A stretch of DNA of 38,775 bases, taken from assembly GCA_051382295.1 (NCBI GenBank), contig JBBCAW010000110.1, positions 1 through 38,775 of the forward strand. Direction: 5' to 3'. Below, piece after piece: positions 10,022-21,305 of this stretch. The notes below the pieces were generated by a model. That model saw only the letters and a list, made by a program, of their open reading frames with translations. It did not search any database and had not been told where the DNA came from. Origin of the DNA: Bdellovibrionota bacterium FG-1. GTDB taxonomy: Bacteria > Bdellovibrionota > UBA1018. How positions within the stretch are numbered: position 1 is the first letter of the stretch; each line of letters starts with the position of its first letter. The translations under genes and the position numbers were made by a program.

Positions 10022-10921
10022 ATGCGCGGTGTTTTTACAGCCTTAATTACTCCGTTTACTTCTCAAAACGAGCTCGATCTGGGAGCTTTTAGGCGTATTC
10101 TTGAAGACCAGTGCGATGCTCAGGTCACCGGAGTCGTGGTTTGTGGAACGACCGGCGAATCGCCCACGCTCTCAATGGACGAAAAAGGAATTTTATTTCG
10201 AACCGCGCTGGAGACTCTCAAGGGAACTGGCGTCAAAGTTTTTGCCGGAACAGGGTCCAATAATACGGTCGACACGATTGAGCTTTCGCGGTTGGCTTTT
10301 GATTTAGGAGTGGATGGCCTTCTCTTGGTTACTCCTTACTACAACAAGCCCTCGCAAGCGGGACTCGAGGCGCATTTTCGCGCGGTGGCGGACGCGGTCG
10401 GGTGTGGGGTGATGCTTTATCATGTCCCTGGCCGTACAGGGGTAGGTTTAGCGCCCGAGACGGTCGTCAAGCTGGCTGCCCACCCGAGGATTACAGCGCT
10501 CAAAGATGCCGGCGGGAGTGTGGTTTATACTTCTGAGATTTTGGATCAGCTTTCGAGATCAGGTCAAAAAATGAGCGTTCTTTCCGGTGATGATGCGCTC
10601 TTTTTGCCCATGTTGTCGATCGGAGCGCAAGGTGTGGTTTCAGTGGCAAGCAATCTTTTTCCACGTGCGATGGTTGCCATTCAGAAAGGATTTGAAGCGG
10701 GGCGCGTGCATGAGGCTGCCGCGCTTCATCAGCGATATTATCCTTTGTTTCGCGACCTGTTTATCGAATCCAATCCAGTGCCCATCAAGCATGCCATGAC
10801 GAGGCTGGGTTTTGGCGAGGCTCATGTTCGCGCACCTCTGGTGGGCCTGAGCTCAGCATCGGTTCAAAAACTCAACGAAACCTATGAGCGTTGTGGAATC
10901 CAAAAAGGGTGTCGGTTGTGA
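10022..10921 (+). CDS. dapA: 4-hydroxy-tetrahydrodipicolinate synthase
   Basis: GTTGES, VTPYYNKP, YHVPGRTG, LKDA, SGDD, ESNPVPIK. Confidence 0.95.
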   Translation: MRGVFTALITPFTSQNELDLGAFRRILEDQCDAQVTGVVVCGTTGESPTLSMDEKGILFRTALETLKGTGVKVFAGTGSNNTVDTIELSRLAFDLGVDGLLLVTPYYNKPSQAGLEAHFRAVADAVGCGVMLYHVPGRTGVGLAPETVVKLAAHPRITALKDAGGSVVYTSEILDQLSRSGQKMSVLSGDDALFLPMLSIGAQGVVSVASNLFPRAMVAIQKGFEAGRVHEAAALHQRYYPLFRDLFIESNPVPIKHAMTRLGFGEAHVRAPLVGLSSASVQKLNETYERCGIQKGCRL

Positions 10922-11637
10922 TACGCGTTGGGCTTTTGGGCAGTCGCGGGCGGATGGGGCAGTGGGTGTCACGTCTTTTGGAAACGGAGTATTCGTCTCA
11001 GGTGAAAGGGGTGGTGAGCGTCGACCAACAGTCCTCCCTCGCCCCTTTGTTGGATGTGGACGTGGTCATTGATTTTTCATCGCCTTCAGCGATGACAGCG
11101 TTGATTTCGGAATGTGCCCACCGCTGCAGTGCTGATTCGAGTCGTTCCCTTCCTGCTTTTGTGGTGGGAAGTACCGGTTGGACCGCTGAGCAGTTTGCAG
11201 CACTTGATCAATTCGCCCACCAAACACCCGTGGTAGCCTCATCTAATTTTTCGACGGGTGTTTTGGCGCTGCAAAAGTTCTTACGGCAATCAGCACCTTT
11301 GCTTCAAAAGCTTGGATACTCACCTATTTTGGTCGAAACTCATCATTGTCACAAAAAAGATGCTCCGAGCGGCACGGCTCTCGCGCTTCAAAAAGTGATT
11401 GCCCCACTGGATCCGTCTGGAGTTCAGACTCATAGTATTCGCGCGGGTGAGGTGATTGGGGATCACGAAGTGACTTTTTATGGGCCCGCGGACCATTTGG
11501 TGATCGGCCATTATGCGCAAGACCGTTCAATTTTTGCCCGGGGCGCGATTGATGTGGCTCTTTGGCTGGTGGGTCGGCGGGGCAAAGCTACCCACGGCTT
11601 GATCAGCGCCGAACAGTATTTTGATGAGTTGCCATAA
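10918..11637 (+). CDS. dapB: 4-hydroxy-tetrahydrodipicolinate reductase
   Basis: GRMG, VIDFS, GSTG, SNFS.G, ETHHCHKKDAPSGTA. GTG start overlaps the dapA stop. Confidence 0.93.
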   Translation: MIRVGLLGSRGRMGQWVSRLLETEYSSQVKGVVSVDQQSSLAPLLDVDVVIDFSSPSAMTALISECAHRCSADSSRSLPAFVVGSTGWTAEQFAALDQFAHQTPVVASSNFSTGVLALQKFLRQSAPLLQKLGYSPILVETHHCHKKDAPSGTALALQKVIAPLDPSGVQTHSIRAGEVIGDHEVTFYGPADHLVIGHYAQDRSIFARGAIDVALWLVGRRGKATHGLISAEQYFDELP

Positions 11638-11725
11638 AATGTTGGGGAAATTTCGAGTGGATCGTTATAAATATAAGTGCAATGCGACAGTTGAGTGCAA
11701 AGCACCAGAAGGGAAAAACTGAGCA

Positions 11726-12496
11726 ATGAATATCTACGTTTGCATCAAGCAGGTTCCTGACACCGAGACTAAGATTAAACTCAATGCGGATAATAGCTGG
11801 ATTGACACCGCGGGCATCAAATGGATTATGTCATCCTTTGATGAAGTCGCGGTCGAAGAAGCGCTTCGCCTGAGAGAAAAAAATGCCGGAAGCACCGTGA
11901 CCATTCTTTCTGCTGGACCGGCACGGGTGGTCGAAGCCATTCGTACCGCTCTCGCCATGGGCGCTGATAACGGCATTCATATCGAAATTCCAGAAACCGC
12001 GGATAATAATCTTGCGGCGAAAGCTTTGGGCGCGGCCCTTAAAAAAGAAGCGAAGATCGATGTGGTTTTTACCGGAAAAGAAGCGGTTGATGATGGTGCG
12101 GCTCAGACCAGCCAGTTGATTGCTGAATATGCCGGAATTCCTCATGTGACGGTTGCGACCGCTATTGAGTACGGCGCGACTGTCAAGGTTAAGCGAGAAA
12201 TTGAAGGGGGGGCCTATGAAATGTTTGAAGCCCCGATGCCTCTTTTGATTGCTGCGCAAAAGGGCTTGAATGAGCCTCGATATGCGAGTCTTCCGAACAT
12301 CATGAAAGCCAAGAAAAAAGAGATTAAAGCTCTTAAAATGGCTGATCTGGGGGTTTCGGAAGCGGATCAAAAAATTCGTTATAAAAACTTCCAAATGCCT
12401 GCTCCGAAGCAGGCCGGCAAAAAGATTGCTGGCGATCCAGCCGCTCAAGCGAAAGAGTTGGTTCGTCTCCTTCATGAAGAAGCAAAGGTGGTGTGA
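11726..12496 (+). CDS. etfB: Electron transfer flavoprotein beta subunit
   Basis: VCIKQVPDTE, AVEEALRL, ALAMGAD, NEPRYASLPNIMKAKKK. Confidence 0.95.
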   Translation: MNIYVCIKQVPDTETKIKLNADNSWIDTAGIKWIMSSFDEVAVEEALRLREKNAGSTVTILSAGPARVVEAIRTALAMGADNGIHIEIPETADNNLAAKALGAALKKEAKIDVVFTGKEAVDDGAAQTSQLIAEYAGIPHVTVATAIEYGATVKVKREIEGGAYEMFEAPMPLLIAAQKGLNEPRYASLPNIMKAKKKEIKALKMADLGVSEADQKIRYKNFQMPAPKQAGKKIAGDPAAQAKELVRLLHEEAKVV

Positions 12497-12498
12497 TT

Positions 12499-13467
12499 AT
12501 GGCTAAAGTATACATTATCGCCGAACATCGCGACGGCCGTCTCAAAAAATCGACATTTGAACTTCTGGGGGCTTCCTCGGCCGCCGGCAATGATACTCAC
12601 GCTATTCTCTTGGGAGAGGGCGTCGCCGAATTGGCCAAAGAGCTGGGACAATACGGCGCCAGGGCTGTGCATTTGGTAGACAATGCGGCTTTTAAATTTT
12701 ACACCGCTGAGGCCTACACCTTGGCGATTGTTGAAATTTTAAAGAAAGGCAGCCCAGACATCGTATTAGGGAGTCATACTCCGACCGGCCGAGATTTAAT
12801 GCCGCGCGTAGCGGGTCGCTTAGGTGTTGGGTTGGCTTCCGACTGCACGCAGCTTTCCTTTGATGGAGCTAAGGTCAAAGTCCGTCGTCCTGTTTACTCC
12901 GGAAAGGCGACGGCCGAGATTGAATTTTTGGGTTCCGGTCCTCAACTCGCCACGATGCGTGCCAATGCATTGGGGGTTCCTAAAGCGGATCCATCTAAAA
13001 CGGCTGAAGTGATGACTGAGTCCGTCAGTTTAGGCACTCTTTTGACCCAGGTGACTGATGTTCAAAAAGGTGCGAGCGGACGTCCGGATGTCACTGAAGC
13101 CACTATTGTGGTCTCAGGGGGCCGTTCTTTGAAGAGTGCTGAGAACTTCAAGATGCTAGAAGACCTCGCGGATGTTTTGGGGGGAGCCGTCGGCGCTTCC
13201 CGCGCGGCGGTGGATGCAGGGTTTCGGCCTCACCGTGATCAAGTGGGTCAGACCGGCAAAGTCGTGGCTCCTACTTTGTACATTGCGTGCGGCATTAGCG
13301 GTGCGATTCAGCACCTCGCGGGCATGCGTACGTCCAAAACAATCGTCGCGGTGAATACCGACCCTGAAGCTCCGATTTTTCAAATCGCGGACTATGGGAT
13401 TGTCGGCGACTTATTCGCGGTGGTTCCTGCCCTGAAAGAAGAACTTAAAAAGCTCAAAGAACACTGA
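12499..13467 (+). CDS. etfA: Electron transfer flavoprotein alpha subunit
   Basis: [39 protein letters not shown]. Confidence 0.95.
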   Translation: MAKVYIIAEHRDGRLKKSTFELLGASSAAGNDTHAILLGEGVAELAKELGQYGARAVHLVDNAAFKFYTAEAYTLAIVEILKKGSPDIVLGSHTPTGRDLMPRVAGRLGVGLASDCTQLSFDGAKVKVRRPVYSGKATAEIEFLGSGPQLATMRANALGVPKADPSKTAEVMTESVSLGTLLTQVTDVQKGASGRPDVTEATIVVSGGRSLKSAENFKMLEDLADVLGGAVGASRAAVDAGFRPHRDQVGQTGKVVAPTLYIACGISGAIQHLAGMRTSKTIVAVNTDPEAPIFQIADYGIVGDLFAVVPALKEELKKLKEH

Positions 13468-13495
13468 GTTTTGAACAGAGCTGAATGTATTGATT

Positions 13496-13523
13496 AGGGC
13501 TGGCCTTCTCGGAGGCCAGCCCT
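13496..13523 (+). terminator. GC-rich stem-loop between etfA and the Fe-S oxidoreductase (terminator/attenuator or mRNA stabiliser)
   Basis: AGGGCTGGCCT (13496-13506) / AGGCCAGCCCT (13513-13523), a perfect 11-bp stem with a weak TATTATT tail. Confidence 0.55.
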
Positions 13524-13551
13524 TATTATTGAAGCTCTCAAGGAGCATCAT

Positions 13552-15525
13552 ATGACCTGGCAAACTTTTGCGTTCTTCATCGTTGCAGGAGCCGCTTTCG
13601 GGTATTCAGGTTATCGTTTCACGATCCTTTACCGCATGATGAAAGCCCATCAAGGTAAGGCCAATCGTTGGGACCAGCTTTCCAAGCGAGTTCAAACTTT
13701 CATTTCCAATGTTCTGGGCCAGCGGGCTGTTCTTCAGCGGCCGGGCCCCGGCATTATGCATGCAACGATCTTTTGGGGGTTTTTGCTCATTACGATCGGT
13801 ACGTTGGAACAATTTGTCAGTACGGTTTATCAGCCTGCCAATTTCGAGTTTCTTGGCAAGGCAGTCTACAGCGTCTTAGTGTTTTTTCAGGATTTTTTTA
13901 CCGTTGGTATTTTGGTTGCTCTTGCTTACGCGTGCTACCGGCGTTTTGTGGTTCGGCCTGAGGGACTCGGTCGATCACGGGATGCCAATATTATTTTGCT
14001 TTTTACCTCTTCACTCATGGTGGCAATTCTATTGATGAATGCTTTTCATATTTTGGCGTACCGACCTTGGTATGCTGATAATTTGATTTTCTCCAATGCT
14101 CTTGCGGAAAGGCTGAATCGTCTGGCCTTGAGCCAAGAACTCAATTCGAGTTTTGCGACATTTTTTAAATGGGTGCATATGCTCATTGTTTTGGGGTTTG
14201 CGATGTACATCCCCAGTTCAAAGCACCTTCATGTGATCGCGGCGGCCCCCAATACTTTTCTACGCACTCTTGCACGCGAAAAGGGCATGACCAAGATCAA
14301 TTTCGAGGACGAGAGCGTCACCCAATATGGGGCCGCAAAAGTGACGGATTTAGATTGGAAGGATGTTTTAGATTACTATTCGTGCACGGAGTGCGGACGC
14401 TGTCAGGATCTTTGTCCAGCGTATAACACGCAGAAACCGCTTTCGCCTAAAGCGTTGATTTCAGATCTCAAAGGAAACATGTACCGCAACAAAGCGGCGA
14501 TTTTGGCTCATCAATACGATGATGTTTCTGCTGTTATCGATGAAAATATTACGGATGATGTGATTTGGGCTTGTACCAGTTGCCGTGCCTGCGAAATCGC
14601 CTGTCCCGTGTTTATCGAACAAACCGATAAGATCTTCGATATTCGACGTAATCTCGTCATGATGGAATCTCGATTTCCCTCTGAGGTGCAGGCTGTTTTT
14701 AAAAACATGGAAACGAACGCTTCTCCTTGGGCTTTCAGTTCCTCTGATCGCGCCAACTGGGCGCAAGGTCTGGGTGTCAAAACCATGGCCGAAGAGAGCA
14801 ATGTTGAGGTGCTTCTCTGGGTGGGGTGCGCGGGTTCGTTTGATGACCGCAACCAAAAAGTGCTGCGTGCAGTGGTGAGTCTTCTGAAAAAAGCCGGCGT
14901 TAAATTTGCGATTTTGGGCAACGAGGAGCAATGCACGGGTGATCCCGCGCGGCGTATCGGGAACGAATATCTCTATCAAACCTTGGCGACTGCTAATATT
15001 GAAACGCTCAATCGTTACAACGTTAAGCGGATCGTGACCGCTTGTCCTCATTGCTTCAATACCCTCAAAAATGAATACAAGGATTTTGGCGGAAATTACG
15101 AAGTTTTTCATCACTCACAATTTCTCGCCCGGCTCATTAGCGAAGGAAAGATCAAGCCGACGAGGACGCTCGATGAAACGGTCACTTTCCACGATAGTTG
15201 TTATCTCGGTCGTTGGAACGGTATCTACGAACAGCCTCGGGCTGTGATCGAGTCGTTGCCAGCGGCGCGGCTTGTCGAAATGAAAAACAGTTACGATGAC
15301 GGGATGTGCTGTGGAGCCGGTGGTGGCCGGATGTGGATGGAGGAGACGATCGGCAAGCGTGTCAATGTCACTCGGACGGAGCAAGCGCTGGATACCAATG
15401 CTGAAATTATCGCGGCCTCTTGCCCGTTCTGTATGACCATGCTCACGGATGGAGTTAAGAGCAAGGAAATGGAAAGCAAAGTCAAAGTGATGGACATTGC
15501 TGAATTGCTGGATTCGGCCACCTGA
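13552..15525 (+). CDS. Membrane-bound Fe-S oxidoreductase, FadF / heterodisulfide-reductase-like (probable ETF:quinone oxidoreductase)
   Basis: N-terminal TM domain, CTECGRCQDLCP and CTSCRACEIACP ferredoxin motifs, and CCG domains (TACPHC, HDSCYLGR, CCGAGGG). Adjacent to etfBA. Confidence 0.88.
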   Translation: MTWQTFAFFIVAGAAFGYSGYRFTILYRMMKAHQGKANRWDQLSKRVQTFISNVLGQRAVLQRPGPGIMHATIFWGFLLITIGTLEQFVSTVYQPANFEFLGKAVYSVLVFFQDFFTVGILVALAYACYRRFVVRPEGLGRSRDANIILLFTSSLMVAILLMNAFHILAYRPWYADNLIFSNALAERLNRLALSQELNSSFATFFKWVHMLIVLGFAMYIPSSKHLHVIAAAPNTFLRTLAREKGMTKINFEDESVTQYGAAKVTDLDWKDVLDYYSCTECGRCQDLCPAYNTQKPLSPKALISDLKGNMYRNKAAILAHQYDDVSAVIDENITDDVIWACTSCRACEIACPVFIEQTDKIFDIRRNLVMMESRFPSEVQAVFKNMETNASPWAFSSSDRANWAQGLGVKTMAEESNVEVLLWVGCAGSFDDRNQKVLRAVVSLLKKAGVKFAILGNEEQCTGDPARRIGNEYLYQTLATANIETLNRYNVKRIVTACPHCFNTLKNEYKDFGGNYEVFHHSQFLARLISEGKIKPTRTLDETVTFHDSCYLGRWNGIYEQPRAVIESLPAARLVEMKNSYDDGMCCGAGGGRMWMEETIGKRVNVTRTEQALDTNAEIIAASCPFCMTMLTDGVKSKEMESKVKVMDIAELLDSAT

Positions 15526-15545
15526 TTTCAGGTAGCATCTGGACT

Positions 15546-16256
15546 ATGCTCACACGCACGCTCTTGGTCCGATTTCTGGGTCTTGCTTTTTCCATGGCGT
15601 TGTTTGCGGCCCTGATCGGCTTTTCGTTAGGCGCAAGAAGGGGGCTTTGGGTTGCCGAGGCTCTTGCTCTTGGGATCGGCTTTTTGGGCGCGATGACGGC
15701 GGAAAGTGGGATTTGTTGGGCCTATGGAGGCCGCCTGTCCGTTTTCGGTGGTCCCGCACGTTCTTTAGCGCGAGTCTTGGCTAGGCAGCGAGGGGTGGCT
15801 CCTCGAATCTTGGCCTGTCCAGATACTTCGGTATTTGCCTTGGTTGTTCGTTCGCCGTTCAGTCGGGGCACCATTTTGCTGAGCGAAGGCTTGTTGGGTC
15901 TTTTGTCCGAAGACGAGTTACGCGCTCTTTTAGAGGCTAGCCTCTCGCGACTGAGGGGCCGGGGGATGGTGTTTCAAAGTTTTTGCGCCTGGTGGGCCCG
16001 GTTGGCCCTCGCGGCCGCACCGCGGCCTTGGGCAGAGTTTTGGTTGGGTGAGTTGAGGTGGCATGAGGGGCTGCGTCCTTTGCAGGCACTGCGTTTTTCA
16101 GTTTCTTTTGCGATAGCTCAGTTTTTCATTTTCTTGGGTCAGCCCGTTCGGGCGGGCGAGTCAATTGGCCTGAGCGCCGCGCAGTCCTATCGTCGACTTT
16201 CGGGATGGAACACCAAGCGAGTCAATCCTGAGGCAACCCTCTTGCTGCCGCTTTAG
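15546..16256 (+). CDS. M48/HtpX-like membrane protein lacking the HExxH motif
   Basis: 'ILLSEGLLGLLSEDELRALLEASLSRL' aligns with the M48 pre-active-site segment, but the His ligands are absent. Confidence 0.5.
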   Translation: MLTRTLLVRFLGLAFSMALFAALIGFSLGARRGLWVAEALALGIGFLGAMTAESGICWAYGGRLSVFGGPARSLARVLARQRGVAPRILACPDTSVFALVVRSPFSRGTILLSEGLLGLLSEDELRALLEASLSRLRGRGMVFQSFCAWWARLALAAAPRPWAEFWLGELRWHEGLRPLQALRFSVSFAIAQFFIFLGQPVRAGESIGLSAAQSYRRLSGWNTKRVNPEATLLLPL

Positions 16257-16291
16257 CACTGTGAGATGAAGGCACCAAAAGAGGGTGTTTT

Positions 16292-16573
16292 GTGGTACAA
16301 AATAATCAAATTCTGAAAATCGACCTGACCACTTTTTTTCTTTCTATTTCATCGGCCGCCTTTATGGGGCTTGGGATGGTTTCGCCAGAAGGGCAAAATA
16401 GTGAACCGAAGGTGGATTTAGACTTAGCTCGCCAAAATATTGATTTACTTGAGCTGATACAAGACAAGACACGTGGAAACCGGACTGCCGAGGAAGATCG
16501 ATTGATCGATCAACTGCTTTTTGAAACGCGGATGCGCTTTGTAGAGGTTCAGCGGAGAATGACAAAAGCATGA
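16292..16573 (+). CDS. DUF1844-like small protein
   Basis: F..F..S....A...LG...P.......DL.LARQ.IDLL..I..KT.GN pattern. Confidence 0.75.
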   Translation: MVQNNQILKIDLTTFFLSISSAAFMGLGMVSPEGQNSEPKVDLDLARQNIDLLELIQDKTRGNRTAEEDRLIDQLLFETRMRFVEVQRRMTKA

Positions 16574-18078
16574 GACATCTCTTTTTGGGACTAGTTTTTA
16601 TAGGCGCGGTTTCTGCGAACGCCGCACAGGTTGATGCCAATATCTTTGTGAATCTTTCAAAGAAGATTGTCCCTTCGGTCGTTAATATTTCAACCCTGAC
16701 TACCATCAAGGGCGGAATGGGTGGCAGCGGCCCGATGACTCCCGATGATATTCTCCGTAAATTTTTTGGAGATTTGTTTCGGCAAAATCACGGCTTTGGC
16801 GGTCCCCGTGGAGCGCCTGACCGGGGAATGCCAGACGACGAGGAGGAGGGGGGTCCTGGCCTTCCGCCGCATGGAAATGTGAACCCAAAAAATCTTCCCA
16901 AGGCGATGTCTCTTGGAACCGGCTTTATTATTGATAGTTCTGGACTCATTTTAACGAACAACCATGTCGTTGCGGATGCTGATGAAATTAAGATCAGCTT
17001 TACCGAGGCGCCTGATGAAAAGCCGACCGATGGCGAGGTCGTGGGACGAGATACTGAATTGGATGTCGCTTTAATTCGTGTGAAAGCAAAACGCGAAATG
17101 ACCGCAGCGACGCTTGGCGACTCGGAGCAGCTCGAAGTGGGCGAGTACGTCATTGCGGTCGGTAATCCTTTTGGGCAAGGCCATTCCGTTACCCATGGCA
17201 TTATTTCAGCCAAAGGTCGGCTGACTCCAGATTTTCCATTGGTGAACTATATCCAGACTGACGCACCGATTAATCCGGGTAATTCCGGGGGGCCTTTGGT
17301 GAATTTGAAGGGCGAAGTTATCGGCATTAACAATGCTATTGATCAACGAGCGCAGGGGATTGGGTTTGCGATTCCGATTAGCCTGGTCAAAAAGATTCTC
17401 CCGCAATTGCGCACCAAGGGGACCGTAGCACGTGGTTATATCGGTGTTCTGGTGGGAGAAATGTCTCCTGAAATTGCGTCGAAGTTGGGGGTTGCCAAGG
17501 ATTTGCAGGCGCCTTTTGTCACGAACGTGTATCCCGATGCGCCTGCTGAAAAAGCAGGCCTCAAGCCCTATGACGTCGTGCTTGAATTCAACGGAAAGCC
17601 GATTCACTCCAGTAGTGAACTCATCCTGGCAGTGACTTCGATCGAAGTAGGACAATTAGTTCCGGTTAAGATTTTACGGGCTGGAACCGAACAAACGGTG
17701 AGCATTCATGTGGCCCAACGGCCAGGCAGCCAAGAGCTTGCCGCCAAAAATAAAGGAAAGAAAAAAGGCAAGAAACCCCCTAAGACTCCGGATATGGGGA
17801 TGGAGTTGGACGACGTGACTTCTGAGGTCGCCCGTGAACTGGGGATGGTCAAGCCGTCGGGTGTTTTGGTGCGTTCGACCTCCTACGGTGGTCCGGGCGA
17901 TAAAGCGGGCCTAATGCAAGGCGATGTCATTTTGGAGGTTGATCGTAAGGTGATCAAGGGAGTGGATCAGTTTTTTGCAATCGTGAAAACGAAGAAAAGC
18001 TATTTACTGCGGGTGCGCCGAATGGATCCTCAAGGGCAGGAAGTCTTTTCAGTCGTGATCTTAGATTTAAAGGACTAA
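16570..18078 (+). CDS. HtrA/DegP-family periplasmic serine protease with two PDZ domains
   Basis: SLGTGFII, TNNHVV, DVAL, IQTDAPINPGNSGGPL, two PDZ domains and a signal peptide. Confidence 0.93.
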   Translation: MRHLFLGLVFIGAVSANAAQVDANIFVNLSKKIVPSVVNISTLTTIKGGMGGSGPMTPDDILRKFFGDLFRQNHGFGGPRGAPDRGMPDDEEEGGPGLPPHGNVNPKNLPKAMSLGTGFIIDSSGLILTNNHVVADADEIKISFTEAPDEKPTDGEVVGRDTELDVALIRVKAKREMTAATLGDSEQLEVGEYVIAVGNPFGQGHSVTHGIISAKGRLTPDFPLVNYIQTDAPINPGNSGGPLVNLKGEVIGINNAIDQRAQGIGFAIPISLVKKILPQLRTKGTVARGYIGVLVGEMSPEIASKLGVAKDLQAPFVTNVYPDAPAEKAGLKPYDVVLEFNGKPIHSSSELILAVTSIEVGQLVPVKILRAGTEQTVSIHVAQRPGSQELAAKNKGKKKGKKPPKTPDMGMELDDVTSEVARELGMVKPSGVLVRSTSYGGPGDKAGLMQGDVILEVDRKVIKGVDQFFAIVKTKKSYLLRVRRMDPQGQEVFSVVILDLKD

Positions 18079-18159
18079 GCGCACGCTGAGCAGCCAACCG
18101 GCGATGGCTTGACAGGGCCGGGTTCGTTGCCACCTTACAAAGAGGAGGCGAAGACCGTT

Positions 18160-20790
18160 ATGGCCGCTCAATTTACTAATAGTGCCCAAGAAGCGCTACA
18201 ACAAGCTCAGGCCGAAGCGATTCGGCGTGACCATCAAGATTTGCAGCCAGAACATCTTCTTTACGCGCTCTTAAGCGCTGATGACGAGGCGAGCGCGATC
18301 CTTCCTAATCTGCTTGAACTCGCAGGGGTTGATGCGCGCGCCCTTAAACGGTCGTTAGAAGGGGCTCTGAATAAACTTCCCAAGGTCACGGGCGGCAGCG
18401 GACAGATTTTTGCCTCCTCTCTTTTTAATCGTCTGATGGTCATGGCCGAAGAAGAAGCCAAAAAACTCGAGGATGAGTTTGTCTCCGGTGAGCATTTTTT
18501 GCTGGCCCTCTTTGGTTCGCAATTTAAGGATTCTGCGGTATTTCGGGCGTTAAGCGAAGTGGGTGCCAAGCGTGACAAAATCGAGGCCGCTATGAAGAAG
18601 GTCCGAGGAAGTCAAAAGATTCAAGACGCTGAACCGGAGGGTAAATATCGCGCCTTAGAGAAGTATTGTCGGGATCTCACGGCCTTGGCCCGCAGTCAAA
18701 AGTTGGACCCGGTTGTAGGGCGCGATGAAGAGATCCGGCGAGTGGTCCAGGTGCTTTCTCGCCGTACTAAAAACAATCCCGTGCTGATTGGTGAACCCGG
18801 AGTGGGAAAGACCGCCATCGCGGAAGGGCTCGCTCAACGAATCATTAATGGTGATGTCCCGGAGGGGCTCAAAGAAAAGCGCCTTTTAGTGCTCGATCTG
18901 GGTGCTTTGATTGCTGGCGCTAAATTCAGGGGCGAGTTTGAAGAGCGTCTTAAAACCGTTCTGAAAGAAGTGACCTCGGCACAAGGGGGCATTATACTTT
19001 TTATCGATGAGATGCACACCCTCGTGGGCGCCGGAAAAGCGGAAGGAGCAATGGACGCGGGCAATATGCTCAAGCCAGCGCTAGCTCGAGGAGAGCTGAA
19101 GTGTATCGGGGCCACCACTCTGGATGAGTATCGTAAGTACATCGAAAAAGACGCCGCGCTTGAACGGCGGTTTCAACCGGTTTTTGTCAAAGAGCCGACG
19201 GTCGAGGATACGATCAGTATTTTGCGTGGCCTTAAGGAACGTTACGAAATTCACCATGGTGTCGCAATTCGTGACGCGGCGTTAGTGGCGGCTGCGACGC
19301 TTTCTAACCGTTATATTACTGATCGATTTTTACCAGATAAAGCGATCGATCTGGTGGACGAAGCAGCCTCGCGGATTCGGATTCAGCTGGATTCGCGCCC
19401 CGAGGAAGTGGACCAACTGGAGCGTCGAATCTTGACGCTCGAAGTGGAGCGACAGGCGCTTAAAAAAGAAAAGGACGCTGGCTCGGTTGAGCGACTCAGG
19501 CAGCTCGAGGATGAGTTGGGTGGCTTGAAAAATCGCAGCGTGGGCCTAAAATCTCAGTGGGAACGGGAGAAAAAGGAGGTCACTGCGGTCAAAGATTTGC
19601 GCGCGCGAATTGAGCGGGTTCGCATGGACTCTGAAAGTGCTGAACGAAGGGGTGACCTCGAAAAGGCCGCCGAACTTCGTTATGGCCAGCTTCCGTCTTT
19701 GCAAAAAGAGCTCGAGGAACTTGGCAAAAAGGAAGTGCAATCCAAAAAAGGCCTCAGTTTGCTTCGGCAAGAGGTCACTGAAAACGATGTGGCCGAAGTC
19801 GTCTCTCGTTGGACGGGGGTTCCGGTCACGAGGATGCTCGAGGGCGAACAAAAAAAGCTTCTCAAAATGGAGGAGCGTCTCGCTGAGCGCGTGATTGGAC
19901 AGGCACAGGCCCTCGGCGCTGTAGCCAATGCGGTGAGGCGTTCTCGTATCGGCTTGCAAGAAAAGCATCGTCCGATGGGGTCATTTCTATTCTTGGGACC
20001 CACGGGCGTAGGCAAAACTGAAACGGCCAAAGCACTGGCTGAATTTTTATTTGATGATGAGCGCGCGATGGTGCGAATTGACATGAGCGAGTACATGGAA
20101 AAACACTCTGTATCGCGTCTCATTGGCTCGCCTCCGGGATACGTGGGATACGAAGAGGGCGGGGCGCTGACGGAGGCGGTCCGTCGTCGACCTTATTCGG
20201 TGATTTTGCTCGATGAAGTCGAAAAAGCACATCACGACGTCTTTAATATTTTCTTGCAGATTTTGGACGACGGCCGTGCAACGGATGGGCAGGGTCGCAC
20301 GGTCGATTTTACGAATACGATTATCATTATGACCTCTAATATCGGGAGCCATCTGATTCTTGAAGAGAAGGACGCCACTCGCCGCGAAGAAGGGATTATG
20401 CAGTTGCTGCGTTCTCATTTTAGACCCGAATTTTTGAATCGGATCGATGAGACGGTAATTTTTTCGAACTTAGAAAAGTCACAGCTTCGGCAAATTGTCC
20501 TGCAGTATGCCAAAAAATTGAGTGGCATGCTCAAGGAGCGAAGCTTGAGCTTGGAGCTGACGCCAGAGGCGGTCGATCTCCTTTGCGAAAAGGGCTATGA
20601 TCGTGATTTTGGCGCAAGACCGATGAAGCGCGTCTTTCAGCGCGAGATTCAGAACCCGCTTGCCATTGAAATCCTGTCTGGAAACTACCCTCCAGGGTCC
20701 ATTATTCGGACTCGGGTCGACAAAGGGGGCTTTGTATTTGAGCACTTTTTGGACAAAACGGGGTTAGGGGTACTGAGTTCTGTAAAATAA
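18160..20790 (+). CDS. clpB: Chaperone ClpB
   Basis: Two AAA modules ([16 protein letters not shown]), LSRRTKNNP, long coiled-coil M domain, GYVGYEEGG. Confidence 0.96.
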   Translation: MAAQFTNSAQEALQQAQAEAIRRDHQDLQPEHLLYALLSADDEASAILPNLLELAGVDARALKRSLEGALNKLPKVTGGSGQIFASSLFNRLMVMAEEEAKKLEDEFVSGEHFLLALFGSQFKDSAVFRALSEVGAKRDKIEAAMKKVRGSQKIQDAEPEGKYRALEKYCRDLTALARSQKLDPVVGRDEEIRRVVQVLSRRTKNNPVLIGEPGVGKTAIAEGLAQRIINGDVPEGLKEKRLLVLDLGALIAGAKFRGEFEERLKTVLKEVTSAQGGIILFIDEMHTLVGAGKAEGAMDAGNMLKPALARGELKCIGATTLDEYRKYIEKDAALERRFQPVFVKEPTVEDTISILRGLKERYEIHHGVAIRDAALVAAATLSNRYITDRFLPDKAIDLVDEAASRIRIQLDSRPEEVDQLERRILTLEVERQALKKEKDAGSVERLRQLEDELGGLKNRSVGLKSQWEREKKEVTAVKDLRARIERVRMDSESAERRGDLEKAAELRYGQLPSLQKELEELGKKEVQSKKGLSLLRQEVTENDVAEVVSRWTGVPVTRMLEGEQKKLLKMEERLAERVIGQAQALGAVANAVRRSRIGLQEKHRPMGSFLFLGPTGVGKTETAKALAEFLFDDERAMVRIDMSEYMEKHSVSRLIGSPPGYVGYEEGGALTEAVRRRPYSVILLDEVEKAHHDVFNIFLQILDDGRATDGQGRTVDFTNTIIIMTSNIGSHLILEEKDATRREEGIMQLLRSHFRPEFLNRIDETVIFSNLEKSQLRQIVLQYAKKLSGMLKERSLSLELTPEAVDLLCEKGYDRDFGARPMKRVFQREIQNPLAIEILSGNYPPGSIIRTRVDKGGFVFEHFLDKTGLGVLSSVK

Positions 20791-20818
20791 CCATTTAAAA
20801 ACAAGCTATTGCAATGAT

Positions 20819-20856
20819 TTGCATTCTTGACGACCCGCCTCTACAATAAGTAGAGG
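20819..20856 (+). promoter_or_regulatory. Putative sigma70 promoter of spoVG/tRNA with an inverted repeat over the -10 box
   Basis: TTGCAT (20819-24), 17 nt, TACAAT (20842-47). CCTCTAC-AATAA-GTAGAGG inverted repeat at 20838-20856. Confidence 0.45.
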
Positions 20857-20916
20857 TAGCCAGTTTTCCAAGGAGACGTGGATTGCAACAGGTTTGAAAT
20901 CACAAAGGGTTCCAAT

Positions 20917-21222
20917 ATGGAAATCACCGAAGTAAAAGTCTTCCCGGTCGAAGAAGAAAAGTTAAAGGCCTACATTACAATCGTCCTGGACAATTGCTTT
21001 GTCGTTCGTGATCTCAAGATCATTAGCGGAACTGCCGGACTTTTTGTAGCGATGCCCAGTAAGCGTCGAAAAGATGGAACATTTAAGGACATTGCGCATC
21101 CATTGAATCAGTCAACGCGGGAAATCATGGAAAAAACGGTTTTGGATGCATATTTAGCGGAGTTAAAAAATCCCTCATCGCGTCAGCCTAAGCCCGTCTC
21201 GTCGGGAGAGGGAACTGAGTAA
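20917..21222 (+). CDS. spoVG: SpoVG nucleic-acid-binding protein
   Basis: MEITEVKV...LKAY...LDNCFVVRDLKII.G..GLFVAMPS......FKDIAHP. Confidence 0.93.
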   Translation: MEITEVKVFPVEEEKLKAYITIVLDNCFVVRDLKIISGTAGLFVAMPSKRRKDGTFKDIAHPLNQSTREIMEKTVLDAYLAELKNPSSRQPKPVSSGEGTE

Positions 21223-21305
21223 AACCTTTGCTTGCCCCACAAGGCAAAAGCGTGTTAATTATCGTGCTTATGCGTCGGTTCCGCTAAACTGGCGATCTTC
21301 TGGGT

